Below, in pieces: positions 17,323 to 26,880 of a stretch of DNA of 64,000 nucleotides. Within the stretch, counting starts at the first letter, position 1; every line of letters begins with the position of its first letter. Made by a program: the position numbers and the translations under genes. The DNA is from a virus, in IMG/VR virus record IMGVR_UViG_3300029955_000024; one strand, written 5' to 3'. Under the pieces are notes generated by a model. It was not told the origin of the DNA. It saw nothing but the letters and a program-made list of their open reading frames with translations, and did not search any database.

Positions 17323-18576
17323 TCATTTTAAGATACCTTTGAAGGACTCAACTGACATTCTGTCCTCGAACCTTGGTCCAAACGAGATTGTGTTGATAGT
17401 CGGTTCCAACAAATTCTTTAGAACAGACAAGTAAGTGCTTAGACTCGGGGGTTGTATAAACAAACCCTTCTCTGAGTCGATTATCTTCAGATAGTCTGTC
17501 CACCTGTCCAAATGGGACAAAGCTATTTCATCTACGCCTTTACAAATCTTAATGGACTTATTGACAAGCCCAATGTCCAAGTGTCCCACCCGAAACTCCC
17601 CTTGATACTCGCCTTTCTGGTTATGATTTTCTGGCAGTAAACCAGTTAATCTCATATCCTCGGTTGGGAATGGACCCACTCCGTGACGAGTGGCGTAGGT
17701 TCTTATACAGCCAATTCTGACTCTGTTACCAATGAACCCAGAAATGTTGAGCAAATCATCAGCATTCCTGAAAGTTGTGTTGGTCCATGAGTTATACGGA
17801 TAGGTCCCATACCACTCATCTAACATTACTCCTTGTGCCCCCTCGAACACAGATGCAGTGGATTTTGATAGCAAATCAGAAAGGAACTCTTGTGGCTTTA
17901 CCTGAGCGTTCCATTTGCTATATATCCGACTGTGCCATTCAGACCAGTCTTCATTACTATCTACTATGATGTCGTAGTCCTTTTTCCACTGGTCCACTGG
18001 TATCTTTTCCAATGTCGGAAGCAGCTCTTTCAGCTTGGCGAGGTACACCTTGTGAAGGAAGCTCAATTTGCTACGTGTTACCTCTTCTGATTCTATGTCT
18101 TTAGCAAATAGGACGTTGTTCCCATATTCAATGGAATCACTACGAGTTTGTCCTATTCCTTGTCCACAGCTACCGTGTCTGTTCTTCCCTCTGGCAATTT
18201 CTCTCAACCTTCCAAAAGCTATTTGGAAGGGAGTGACTACCAAGCAATCCCCATCAACAAATGTTCTGTCCCATATATCAGTTATCCCAAGGGACATTAG
18301 ATGAGCTGCTTCTCTCATCATGTAGAATGGATTGACCAATGTAAACTTGGACAAGTAAGTCTTCACATTGGGTTGTAGCATCCCACTACCAAACTGTTGG
18401 AAGGTATGGCTTCTCGATAATTCAACAACGTTATGTGCAGCTTGTGGCCCACCGTTGTATCGAACTATCAAATCAGCTTTGTGAGTACGGGTTAGATACT
18501 CTACGTGGGCTCCTTTTGCGCAATCGCCCCATAGCATCCCAGCAACGAGATATGCTATACCCATTAGTACCTCCAT
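17323..18576 (-). CDS. adenylosuccinate synthetase family protein (divergent PurA/PurZ-like)
   Basis: 'WGDCAKGAHV' (P-loop GDEGKGK), 'GGPQAAHN', 'GSCGQGIGQTR', 'FEGAQGVMLDEWYGTYPY', 'TRHGVGPFPTE' parallel PurA motifs. The TGRRRR region is diverged. Confidence 0.75.
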   Translation of the reverse strand: MEVLMGIAYLVAGMLWGDCAKGAHVEYLTRTHKADLIVRYNGGPQAAHNVVELSRSHTFQQFGSGMLQPNVKTYLSKFTLVNPFYMMREAAHLMSLGITDIWDRTFVDGDCLVVTPFQIAFGRLREIARGKNRHGSCGQGIGQTRSDSIEYGNNVLFAKDIESEEVTRSKLSFLHKVYLAKLKELLPTLEKIPVDQWKKDYDIIVDSNEDWSEWHSRIYSKWNAQVKPQEFLSDLLSKSTASVFEGAQGVMLDEWYGTYPYNSWTNTTFRNADDLLNISGFIGNRVRIGCIRTYATRHGVGPFPTEDMRLTGLLPENHNQKGEYQGEFRVGHLDIGLVNKSIKICKGVDEIALSHLDRWTDYLKIIDSEKGLFIQPPSLSTYLSVLKNLLEPTINTISFGPRFEDRMSVESFKGILK

Positions 18577-18655
18577 CTCTATTTGAGTTTGTGCTGTAAT
18601 ACTTACATGGATGAAGCATTCCTGATTACTTAGTTAAGCACAAGAAGTTGACGTT

Positions 18656-18880
18656 TCACCTCTCGATTTTCTTATCTAACCATTCAGTGAACACCATGAA
18701 ACTATCTCTTGGTGTTAACATTGACACTACAAGGGTGATAGGGCCTAACAGAACAAATATGACCAAACCGACTACGAATAACAAAGTTCGGTTCCTACGA
18801 TCACACTGTTCTGTATAGGCCCATATCCAAGGTAGTGCCATAACAAGACCGAACGCTACCCAGATTTCCACCAAATGCAT
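18656..18880 (-). CDS. small membrane protein (74 aa)
   Basis: Two hydrophobic helices. Confidence 0.4.
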   Translation of the reverse strand: MHLVEIWVAFGLVMALPWIWAYTEQCDRRNRTLLFVVGLVIFVLLGPITLVVSMLTPRDSFMVFTEWLDKKIER

Positions 18881-18882
18881 GG

Positions 18883-19806
18883 TTAAGACTCTTCTCTGAA
18901 GAACTCTCCACCACTTGCAGTTGCTGTGGAGGCTTTCTCCTTGTCTGTCGCTTCAGCTTTCTCCATCTCTGAGGCAACGACTTCGATTAGATGCTTTGGA
19001 CTCTGAACGGTGATAACGTTGTTATCACCAACCAGTTTTACATACTGCTCTCTGGCCTCTGTCTGTCCACTGGTAGGCCAAAGGAACATTAGATGATACT
19101 TTGCTTGAACTTCTTTGACGATCTCCTCAATGGGGATGTCAGCTTGGATGTGATCGTCGAAAACATATTCCACATGTTTCGCGCTCACTTTACTGAACAC
19201 TGGCTCGTCGGCATAGAGGAACATGTACCCTTTCTTTCCTCTCTTATCCAGTGAGTCAAGCTTCGTCTTGCGAGCGGCGCAGTACAACAGTAGATCGTAA
19301 GACTCTCCCGGGTTAGAGCCGCCCCGTCCAATTAACCAAGTTGCACGTATCGAGTCGTCGATACGATTGTCTGATTCAAAATCGGACACCTGAATACAGG
19401 ATGGACCTGAAGTCAGGTAATCATCGTTTGACCAGACAGCAACTTGTGGATTGGGTATCACTTTCAGCAGTCGTGCCATCAGAGTTGGCAGCTCCTTTTG
19501 TGCGATGACAGCGTTGCTGTAGTTTGATCCAGTTACATCAAACGTGAGAATGACAGGCAAAGATTCAGGGTGTTCTGTACTGTCACAACTCTCCAGAACC
19601 CCCATTGCTTTCTTGTTGATCCGAAGAGGATCAAGCATCTGATTAACCTTTTGTGTCTTTTCTGCCTCCTCGGTGTAAGCGAAATCCTTTACCCCTGATT
19701 TGGAACGTAATGCTCTTGCCGTTCCATAACTCGCTTCTGAAAATGTTCCTCCTCCGATATAGCTAACCCATCCCTTTCCTAAGATTGAGTTTGGCAAATT
19801 CTCCAA
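18883..19806 (-). CDS. von Willebrand factor A (vWA)-like protein
   Basis: 'ILTFDVTGSN' fits the MIDAS DxSGS motif, in the context of a 307-aa alpha/beta-looking protein. Confidence 0.5.
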   Translation of the reverse strand: MENLPNSILGKGWVSYIGGGTFSEASYGTARALRSKSGVKDFAYTEEAEKTQKVNQMLDPLRINKKAMGVLESCDSTEHPESLPVILTFDVTGSNYSNAVIAQKELPTLMARLLKVIPNPQVAVWSNDDYLTSGPSCIQVSDFESDNRIDDSIRATWLIGRGGSNPGESYDLLLYCAARKTKLDSLDKRGKKGYMFLYADEPVFSKVSAKHVEYVFDDHIQADIPIEEIVKEVQAKYHLMFLWPTSGQTEAREQYVKLVGDNNVITVQSPKHLIEVVASEMEKAEATDKEKASTATASGGEFFREES

Positions 19807-19847
19807 ACTCGGCTAAGGCAGCCTTGGCTGCTCCAATTTGTTACTTG

Positions 19848-20237
19848 TTAAACTTCGTTCCAAACTTTTCCATACCCTCGCTCCCAGTATGGTTCTAGAG
19901 ACTTCCCAGTGATTTCGTCTTCTAGCATAGACATTTGCTGTCGGTGCTGGTCTCTGGACTGTTCTAACCGGAAATGGAATGAACTACCCTCCCGAAGCGT
20001 TATCAGAGGGACATAATCAATGTTCCCAATCTTCCTGAGCTTTAGCTTACAGGCTACATATTCATGTAGATGATATGTATACTGTCTCTCTAGATCGGTA
20101 ACAGGACTAGCTTGTCTTCGCCTTATGCGACGTAGCCTGCTTGCTATGACAAGAGCCTGAGCTTTGGACAACACTTCCATTGTGAAGAGCCCAGCTTCCT
20201 CGTGAGCGCTTGCTCGAAGCTCTTCCAAGATGCTCAT
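19848..20237 (-). CDS. hypothetical protein (129 aa)
   Basis: ORF track. Confidence 0.4.
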   Translation of the reverse strand: MSILEELRASAHEEAGLFTMEVLSKAQALVIASRLRRIRRRQASPVTDLERQYTYHLHEYVACKLKLRKIGNIDYVPLITLREGSSFHFRLEQSRDQHRQQMSMLEDEITGKSLEPYWERGYGKVWNEV

Positions 20238-20239
20238 AC

Positions 20240-20794
20240 CTATTCCTTCTTCCGCCCCTCGTTCCCCTTGTTACTGTTGGAGACGATCTCACTGATCTGC
20301 GTAAAGTCATTCTCCTCCAACCCACGCTGCAACGCCTTCTGGAGTTTCGTGTGTTCTTTGAGCAGATTCTCCATTAGCGCTGCTTGCTCGGGATCGAACA
20401 CAGGTTGACCGACTACTTTCTTGTTTCCATTCTCATCGAACGAGAAACCTGCTGGTTTCGGTTTGATACGCTTCCGCTCATGCTCGTTCTTCTCGATGAG
20501 TTCAAGAATGAGAGCAGTGGCATGAACGTTCTTCTCGACTTCCTTCGCTGCCAAACCGTCAATGACAGCTTTCCTGACTACATCGCCGGTAGCTATCTTC
20601 TTGACTTCTTGGCGAACCGAAATAGACGGAAGAACTGATTTGACAGCTTCGGTAATTCTAATGTCAGCCTTGTACGCCTTAACTTCAGACTGAGGTTCAG
20701 AAGAGGTAACTTCGTTACCAAGGGTCTCTGGGACTGGTTCATTCTGAGTCCCTTCTACTTCGGGAGATGGCTGATCCTTATCCTCTCGTCCCAT
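20240..20794 (-). CDS. hypothetical protein (184 aa)
   Basis: ORF track; acidic N-terminus. Confidence 0.45.
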   Translation of the reverse strand: MGREDKDQPSPEVEGTQNEPVPETLGNEVTSSEPQSEVKAYKADIRITEAVKSVLPSISVRQEVKKIATGDVVRKAVIDGLAAKEVEKNVHATALILELIEKNEHERKRIKPKPAGFSFDENGNKKVVGQPVFDPEQAALMENLLKEHTKLQKALQRGLEENDFTQISEIVSNSNKGNEGRKKE

Positions 20795-21195
20795 TAAATT
20801 GTTCCTTTCGTGGGTAAAGGTTTAATCTTCCTTTGTTTGGACTTCTTCCTTTTCGTAGGCTTCCTGACGCACTGCTTGATACTTGCTTTGTCAGTCCCTT
20901 TCTCTTTGACTGGCTGTTCTTCAACACAAGGCTTCTTACCACGTTGCTTCTCACGATAGAACGCAATAGCTGCCTCCACTACATCAATCTTTGAGTCCCA
21001 GTATTGTGCAGCAACTGGTTCATAAGCTTCTCTCCACAATAAGTACTTCGGTGTAACAAATTCTGGTACTGATGGTCTTTCTATGTGTAACTTTTCGATT
21101 TTCCTTAGTAGGTTTATATGATTCCCAACTACCTCCAAGAATGACTCTTCAGCCTTATTAGATACTTCTATTTGGCTGTCTTTTCCGCTCTTCAT
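20794..21195 (-). CDS. hypothetical protein (133 aa) with basic C-tail
   Basis: ORF track; ATGA-type overlap with downstream gene. Confidence 0.4.
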   Translation of the reverse strand: MKSGKDSQIEVSNKAEESFLEVVGNHINLLRKIEKLHIERPSVPEFVTPKYLLWREAYEPVAAQYWDSKIDVVEAAIAFYREKQRGKKPCVEEQPVKEKGTDKASIKQCVRKPTKRKKSKQRKIKPLPTKGTI

Positions 21196-21236
21196 CTACT
21201 CTAACCTTCTTTTCTATTACTACCACTTTGCACCTT

Positions 21237-21770
21237 CTAGAAGATGCTACTACGATTCCAAGTAGTGTTTGGCACATCAAAACGATGCAAAATATCTAGT
21301 TCCTCACTGTAACAATTACATATGCGAACGAACTTGTCCAAGGCCGTGTTGAACTCCCTCAAAGCTTTGTCACACCGCTTCGAGGGCAGAGTCCATATAT
21401 CTTTCTCTTGATCTTGGCACGTCTTACAGTGATCTCTGTTAGCTTCAATCACTTCTAGATTAGCATCACTGAAAGACTTACCCTTTTCAATCACTTCTAC
21501 GGGTAAAGCAGAGAAAACTGGACGAAAGTTATTTATCCTTACCACTATCTCCACTTTGGGTTTGTTAGCAAGGATATACTGAATCCGTTCTTCAGGAGGA
21601 GCAGTTAGTGGTTCACACGGGATAGTATGGTGAACGTTCCATCCCCAAGTTTCCCCAACTTTCCATTCTACTGTGCTCCATGCCTTTTGCCATTCTTCAA
21701 TTGCTTCTTTTATCCTTTTTTCCCGTTCTGCCAGATAAAAGTTGTTTGCTAGACCCACACGCAGATTCAT
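21237..21770 (-). CDS. hypothetical protein (177 aa)
   Basis: ORF track. Confidence 0.45.
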   Translation of the reverse strand: MNLRVGLANNFYLAEREKRIKEAIEEWQKAWSTVEWKVGETWGWNVHHTIPCEPLTAPPEERIQYILANKPKVEIVVRINNFRPVFSALPVEVIEKGKSFSDANLEVIEANRDHCKTCQDQEKDIWTLPSKRCDKALREFNTALDKFVRICNCYSEELDILHRFDVPNTTWNRSSIF

Positions 21771-21815
21771 ACAAGTCCTCCGGGTTCAATCTCTTTTCTG
21801 TATCTCCTTATCCAA

Positions 21816-23462
21816 TTAGCTCGCCCTGTGCCACCCCTTGGCAGATTTCAGGGCAAAAAGAATGTTCTTAGCTTCTGCTGAGTCTCCTCCAGCCAAACTT
21901 TCAGTGTACATTAACATTGCAGCTTCAGTGTTTCCCTTGTCTGGGTGAAAATCAAGGAATACACCAGCCCTTGGGACTTGTCTATCAGTTAGATTCTGGG
22001 CTTTTATCTTTGCCACCGCTCCAATTAGTTGGTCTCTGTGGTCCCAGATCCACTGTCTCTTCTCATCAGTAATACTGAAGCTACCAATTTCTCCCCTAGC
22101 CCCGTTAGCAGGGTTCTCAACAACCATCCTGCCAACGGAACCTGAGTACTTACCTGATCCTTCAAGGATCTCCACAACAGGTAGATCAAAAGGATCCGTG
22201 TTCTTTACTTTGAACCAATTACCCTCGCCGACTTTACTATCAACAGACTTGGCGACAATTCCTTCACCATATGGCATTGGTTGAGCAATAACCATATCGT
22301 AGAACTCTTCTGGTGACTGGTATCGCCCTTTCTCAGCACTCACGTACCAGTGCTTGTTGAAAATCCTAACTTCGGCAATGGTATCCTTAAGTAGCGCACG
22401 CCGCTCTCCGTATGGCAACTTTGATACGTCCCTACCACGGTACTTGAGAATATCCCAAGCAACAAAGGTGGCCTCACCACGGAGCGCCTGAATTTGGCGA
22501 GCCTTTTCCGGATAAGCATTTAGGATCCCTCCTATTCTCCCAGGGCCATCGGGATGGACTAATTCACCTCTTACAAGGGATCCACGTAAATTTGGACCTC
22601 TGAACAACTTTCTGGAAGACCACAAATTTGATGTGTTACTTATATGCTCCAACTGTGGAAGCCTGTCGTAATATGTCTCCCCTTCTTCTCTATGGCTTCT
22701 AAAGGTAGCATAGTTGTCCATGATGAGTACGTTAGAAAGTGAACCATCATACTTCTGTTCAAATACGTACTCATCTGGGTTGACGGTTTTTAGCCAGTTT
22801 CTCAGCTTCGTTCTGTAAGCTGGTTTTGGTATTACCATGCCTTCGTCTTTCATCGGGACTATAAGCTTTCCCTTCGGAGTGGTCACAAAGGCATAGCGCC
22901 CCTTGAATTCGCCAGATGGTATGTTAAGTTCCCACTGCTCTGTTCCAGGAGGTACCCCCTCAACGACAAGGTCGTAATGCAAGCCAGCTCTGATTGCATT
23001 ATGAGAGTGGTAATTAATTTTGGCGGGAAAGGTCCTTTCACCAATCTTAACAATACCGACCTTAGAAAGAAGCAGTGTTTTAATTCCTTTACCGTAACCT
23101 TCCTCGATTTCCCCAGAGAAGTCTGTGATAAAGTGCGGATCATTCTCGATCGCAAGCGCACGCTTGCCACTGATCGGTAAACCCTTCGGAATCGCGTACT
23201 TGGCAAACGCCGGATTAGGCGTGAATTCATTAAGGGTAGCTCCATCTACTGACCTCGTAGGATACCATCTAGAAGTGTACAATCTAGAACGGGGATACTT
23301 AGGTAACAACATAGCATGAAGATTGTTTTGAACTCTTGGCTGTATAACAGAACCAAAAGTATCAAGTCCGATGTCTAATCCAGTCCTGAGTAGGGCTTTC
23401 GATATCGTTTTTACCCATCTCCAAACTTTGCTTTTCATGTTGTCACTCCCGGTATTTTCCAC
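21816..23462 (-). CDS. ATP-dependent polynucleotide ligase (DNA/RNA ligase nucleotidyltransferase superfamily)
   Basis: Motif I 'KYDGSL', motif IV 'EGIVAK', motif V 'WFKVK', motif III-like 'FVAWDIL'. No Arg after motif I Gly (present in many DNA ligases). Confidence 0.75.
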   Translation of the reverse strand: MENTGSDNMKSKVWRWVKTISKALLRTGLDIGLDTFGSVIQPRVQNNLHAMLLPKYPRSRLYTSRWYPTRSVDGATLNEFTPNPAFAKYAIPKGLPISGKRALAIENDPHFITDFSGEIEEGYGKGIKTLLLSKVGIVKIGERTFPAKINYHSHNAIRAGLHYDLVVEGVPPGTEQWELNIPSGEFKGRYAFVTTPKGKLIVPMKDEGMVIPKPAYRTKLRNWLKTVNPDEYVFEQKYDGSLSNVLIMDNYATFRSHREEGETYYDRLPQLEHISNTSNLWSSRKLFRGPNLRGSLVRGELVHPDGPGRIGGILNAYPEKARQIQALRGEATFVAWDILKYRGRDVSKLPYGERRALLKDTIAEVRIFNKHWYVSAEKGRYQSPEEFYDMVIAQPMPYGEGIVAKSVDSKVGEGNWFKVKNTDPFDLPVVEILEGSGKYSGSVGRMVVENPANGARGEIGSFSITDEKRQWIWDHRDQLIGAVAKIKAQNLTDRQVPRAGVFLDFHPDKGNTEAAMLMYTESLAGGDSAEAKNILFALKSAKGWHRAS

Positions 23463-23656
23463 AAATCTAGGTTACATTTATACTCCGGGTAGCGCTTCAT
23501 CAGAAGAAGAATACTTGGTAATATAATTGCGTAGTTCTCTTTATCTGTACTAATTATAGCTTGAGCCATAGCTGTTAAGAAGTCTTCAGCGTTATAGGGC
23601 TCAGCGTAAAGGATACCGTAGGCCCATATCAAAACGTTTCGGTCCTTCTCAGGCAT
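23435..23656 (-). CDS. hypothetical protein (73 aa)
   Basis: ORF track. Confidence 0.3.
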   Translation of the reverse strand: MPEKDRNVLIWAYGILYAEPYNAEDFLTAMAQAIISTDKENYAIILPSILLLMKRYPEYKCNLDLWKIPGVTT

Positions 23657-24358
23657 TTACTTACCTCTTTCCATACGCCAAAATTCCTGTGGTAAGTCTT
23701 CTTCATTGACTCGGACAAATTGCTTATCACGATTTACATACTTTACAATAGGGCAAACACTATCAATGTGAGCTCTTACTACACACAATTGTTCAGCGTC
23801 ACAAGAGTCTAACTGTCCAACTTCGCTGGCTTCTTTCATAAATGGTTGATCTTCTATACCCGTGGAGACGAATGGGTGTTCTTTCCACCAAGACTTCAGA
23901 TACATTTGACTTGTTCCACAAGCATAAAACTCGCTTGGTGGATGGACAAATAGATCATGGTAGAACTTAAAGCATTCCTCGTTATCTGTGTCAAAGAACA
24001 GGATGTTATGCCAACCTGTTACAGCTTTGCCTGTCTGAGCCAGTCTATCAACTTGAGCCTGAATACGATTGTCTGCGAACCAATCATCACAGTCCCAAGT
24101 AACACAGATTTCACCGGTTGCATGTAGCGTTCCTAAGTTGCGTAAGGCCCCCACAGGCCGCTTTTCACATTGTATATAAACAATCCTTGGGTCATTGATA
24201 GGAAGAAGATGTTGAATCTTCTTATCGTTAGGGTTGTTATCGACTACAATGAGTTCTCGGTTCTCATAGGTCTGGTTTAGGAAACATTGAATTGCTATTT
24301 TTGCAATGTCCCCATAGTAAGCAGGCATTACACAAGAAACTTTTAACATGATTGACAT
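23657..24358 (-). CDS. family-2 glycosyltransferase (GT-A fold)
   Basis: 'VSCVMPAYY', 'IVVDNNPND', DxD motif 'DCDDW'. Confidence 0.7.
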   Translation of the reverse strand: MSIMLKVSCVMPAYYGDIAKIAIQCFLNQTYENRELIVVDNNPNDKKIQHLLPINDPRIVYIQCEKRPVGALRNLGTLHATGEICVTWDCDDWFADNRIQAQVDRLAQTGKAVTGWHNILFFDTDNEECFKFYHDLFVHPPSEFYACGTSQMYLKSWWKEHPFVSTGIEDQPFMKEASEVGQLDSCDAEQLCVVRAHIDSVCPIVKYVNRDKQFVRVNEEDLPQEFWRMERGK

Positions 24359-24379
24359 TTATCCTTTGACACTACAAAA

Positions 24380-24976
24380 TCAATAAGTAAAGAGCGTTAT
24401 CAAGGTAATGATAGCTATTAAAGCTATTGCTACCCCGTGGTACTCCCTTGGGCTAATATAGTAGTTACTACCAACGTACTCAGCGATTTTATAGTCCCTT
24501 ATCTTTTTACCTTTGTCGTTGTAGTGCTCACCAATAACTACGGACCTAGTCATACACGTTTTCTTATATGACCATAGCCAAATTGATAGGGAAACAACCA
24601 TGAACAGTAATCCCATTGATATATGTACCAATATACCAATAAGACTATCGCCTATCAACTTCCATACTACTACAATAGCAGTTAATTTGCCAACTGGTGT
24701 CTGGGCAAAGTTGTTGGCTTGAATGTTAATAGCAGACATAGAATCATTGATTGCTACCCCAACTTCTTTTCCTACCCCCACCCAACTGTGAACTTCCGTC
24801 TTCACATCCGTCTTCTGGACTTGCTGTAGTTGATATTCTGTCAACAGACTTTTTGGGACTACTACGTGGTCTGTATCCTGACCTTGGCTCATCGTAGGTG
24901 TCAGTAGTAGCATTGATACGAACACCAAGGTTATCATTAGCCTTAGGCTCAATAACCTCTTCCTTAACTGGTTCAT
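24380..24976 (-). CDS. membrane protein (start uncertain)
   Basis: N- and C-terminal TM helices; 5' part overlaps 24744..25331. Confidence 0.4.
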   Translation of the reverse strand: MNQLRKRLLSLRLMITLVFVSMLLLTPTMSQGQDTDHVVVPKSLLTEYQLQQVQKTDVKTEVHSWVGVGKEVGVAINDSMSAINIQANNFAQTPVGKLTAIVVVWKLIGDSLIGILVHISMGLLFMVVSLSIWLWSYKKTCMTRSVVIGEHYNDKGKKIRDYKIAEYVGSNYYISPREYHGVAIALIAIITLITLFTY

Positions 24977-25331
24977 TTTCTCCCCTTATTCTCCACAACT
25001 CAGTCGCTTGACAAACATGGCCAAGCTGGCCAAATATATCACTTAGACCTGAAGCTTGTTTCAACACTAACAAAAGCTCAGGGTTCTCAGCGATGTACTC
25101 ATCCCATAACTGTGAGTACAATTTGGTAACAGCTTCCATGTTTACTGCTTGTCTTCCTTTTGCTTGTCTCCAAGACAACCCAGTTGTCCCATCCTCGAAG
25201 ATCTTGGCTGCTTGGTAAATTTCTTCAATGGGCTTGTTACCACGACTTCGGATTCTAGCCCAGAACGCACTGAGCCTTTTGAAACCACGAGTTGAGCATT
25301 CTATAAATGGTGGATTACCATGTTTTACCAA
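24744..25331 (-). CDS. hypothetical protein (195 aa)
   Basis: ORF track; 'GFKRLSAFWA' vaguely ParB/Srx-like GxxRLxA but not convincing. Confidence 0.35.
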   Translation of the reverse strand: MVKHGNPPFIECSTRGFKRLSAFWARIRSRGNKPIEEIYQAAKIFEDGTTGLSWRQAKGRQAVNMEAVTKLYSQLWDEYIAENPELLLVLKQASGLSDIFGQLGHVCQATELWRIRGENEPVKEEVIEPKANDNLGVRINATTDTYDEPRSGYRPRSSPKKSVDRISTTASPEDGCEDGSSQLGGGRKRSWGSNQ

Positions 25332-25343
25332 CTCTCTTCCTCC

Positions 25344-25604
25344 TCAAAGATTCTTGTAAGCACGACGGAGTATAAACCAACCCTCTTCGTCTGAGACACC
25401 ATCCAGCTCGTCTCCAAGCAACTCCATTGAAGCAACTACTTTCTCGTGAGCTTCCTGATAAGTTTCTGAATCTTCTGCATGGAAGTTTTTGGCAAATCTA
25501 CGGAAGGCAGAGACATCTCTGAGATCTGCGTCTGGTCTGCTCTTTTTTATTTCACGCAGTAGTTCAGCATCTGACATGTTACTAATCATCTTGACTTTCT
25601 CCAT
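25344..25604 (-). CDS. hypothetical acidic protein (86 aa)
   Basis: ORF track. Confidence 0.4.
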   Translation of the reverse strand: MEKVKMISNMSDAELLREIKKSRPDADLRDVSAFRRFAKNFHAEDSETYQEAHEKVVASMELLGDELDGVSDEEGWFILRRAYKNL

Positions 25605-25624
25605 TCGGGAGCTTCAACCTTTAG

Positions 25625-25888
25625 CTAAAAATGTCCGCCAAAGGTTTCCTCTGTTCCTTGAACCAACTCATGTCTTTTCACACAGCCACCAGTACCAAAC
25701 CTACATATACCACTAGAGTGACCATATACAACACACTCATCACCCGGTTTTCTTGGCATTGATTTCTTTATGAAGGAGAGTTCAGTCATAAGTGCGTTAC
25801 ACCTGTACTTATGGTCTTCGAGGATCACGAAGCTACATACACACATCAAAATGATTAGTGTAATGAAGCCAATAAAGATAAGATTCAT
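25625..25888 (-). CDS. small membrane protein (87 aa)
   Basis: N-terminal TM; AAGGAG RBS. Confidence 0.4.
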   Translation of the reverse strand: MNLIFIGFITLIILMCVCSFVILEDHKYRCNALMTELSFIKKSMPRKPGDECVVYGHSSGICRFGTGGCVKRHELVQGTEETFGGHF

Positions 25889-26412
25889 TGTAAGTCTCCT
25901 TGATCTAAGATGTGCCTAGCAAGTATCGAACCTTGCATCCCCCCATTAAAAATGGCAAGGACTAATAGACAATGCATATCTATTAGCCGGTATCTTCCCT
26001 GTTAGTAAGTATGTCTAGAAAGGCTTACTAATTAGACGATAGGCACATCACGCCCAAATAAGTTAAGTAAAAGGTACTCTTACTTAACCATAGTGATTGT
26101 AACGATTTCCCATTGGAAATCCTCCTTGGCCAACCAGCGCGCATCGTGCGCAAACAAGATTTACAACCTTGCCAAGTTCGGAGGGTGGGATTAGCCTGAA
26201 CGCTACCCTCTGTACGTTCCCAGCCCATGTTCTATATGTCCGCTGAAGTCCAGAGCATGGTCAACTTCAACGTTAGCCACCGTCCCACGAACTGTCTTGT
26301 TCTAAAGGCTTCGTGACCGTGGCTTGCGGGTTGCTGGCTAGGCTAAGGGCACCTGAGTACAATGGAACAGGCTTACTGTGGTAGCCACCACGCCCCTTCT
26401 CCGCAATCTCTT

Positions 26413-26868
26413 TTATCTTGGTTCCAATCCTCTCTCTTTTAGGAGGACTCTCCAGCGAATTGATTCAATTGGATCAACGTAGGTAACGTTACACTCGCTA
26501 CAAACACCTACTTTGGCGTTTTTCACAGTGAACAATACCCCGTTCTTAGCTGTTATCTCATATTCAGGAAGCACTCTTTCTATTATGTTTCCTCTGAAAC
26601 ATTCTAGGCAGAAGCCACCCCAAATATGTATCTGTGGTTGGTTCGATTCGTTGGTTGGTGTTCCTTCCACTGCTGATGTACATACCTTCAGATCGTCTTC
26701 ATCGAAGACGTACTCCGAGATAGCATAGGGAGGGCCATTGTACCAGCTTGGGTTATCACTCCTATCCAGTGGAATACCAATTATTACTCTTGTCCCGATG
26801 TCTGTGCATCTGAATGGGTTGTTATCACAGTAGAATGTTTCACCAATCTTGAAGTCAGAGAGTATCAA
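26413..26868 (-). CDS. Cys-rich hypothetical protein (151 aa)
   Basis: ORF track; several CxxC pairs. Confidence 0.45.
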   Translation of the reverse strand: MILSDFKIGETFYCDNNPFRCTDIGTRVIIGIPLDRSDNPSWYNGPPYAISEYVFDEDDLKVCTSAVEGTPTNESNQPQIHIWGGFCLECFRGNIIERVLPEYEITAKNGVLFTVKNAKVGVCSECNVTYVDPIESIRWRVLLKERGLEPR

Positions 26869-26880
26869 TATTACCTCCTG

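Noticed and set aside
17323-18576. Declaring a Z-genome (PurZ) outright
   Set aside because: No DatZ (HD) or MazZ (MazG) partners were recognisable in this window and I cannot recall PurZ-specific signature residues reliably. Kept as PurA-family with PurZ as a testable possibility.
24744-25331. ParB/Srx-like nuclease assignment from 'GFKRLSAF'
   Set aside because: A single weak motif with Lys replacing the conserved His; insufficient support.
26028-26228. 66-aa ORF in the 520-bp gene-free region
   Set aside because: No RBS, odd composition, isolated; the region is more likely non-coding RNA or regulatory.
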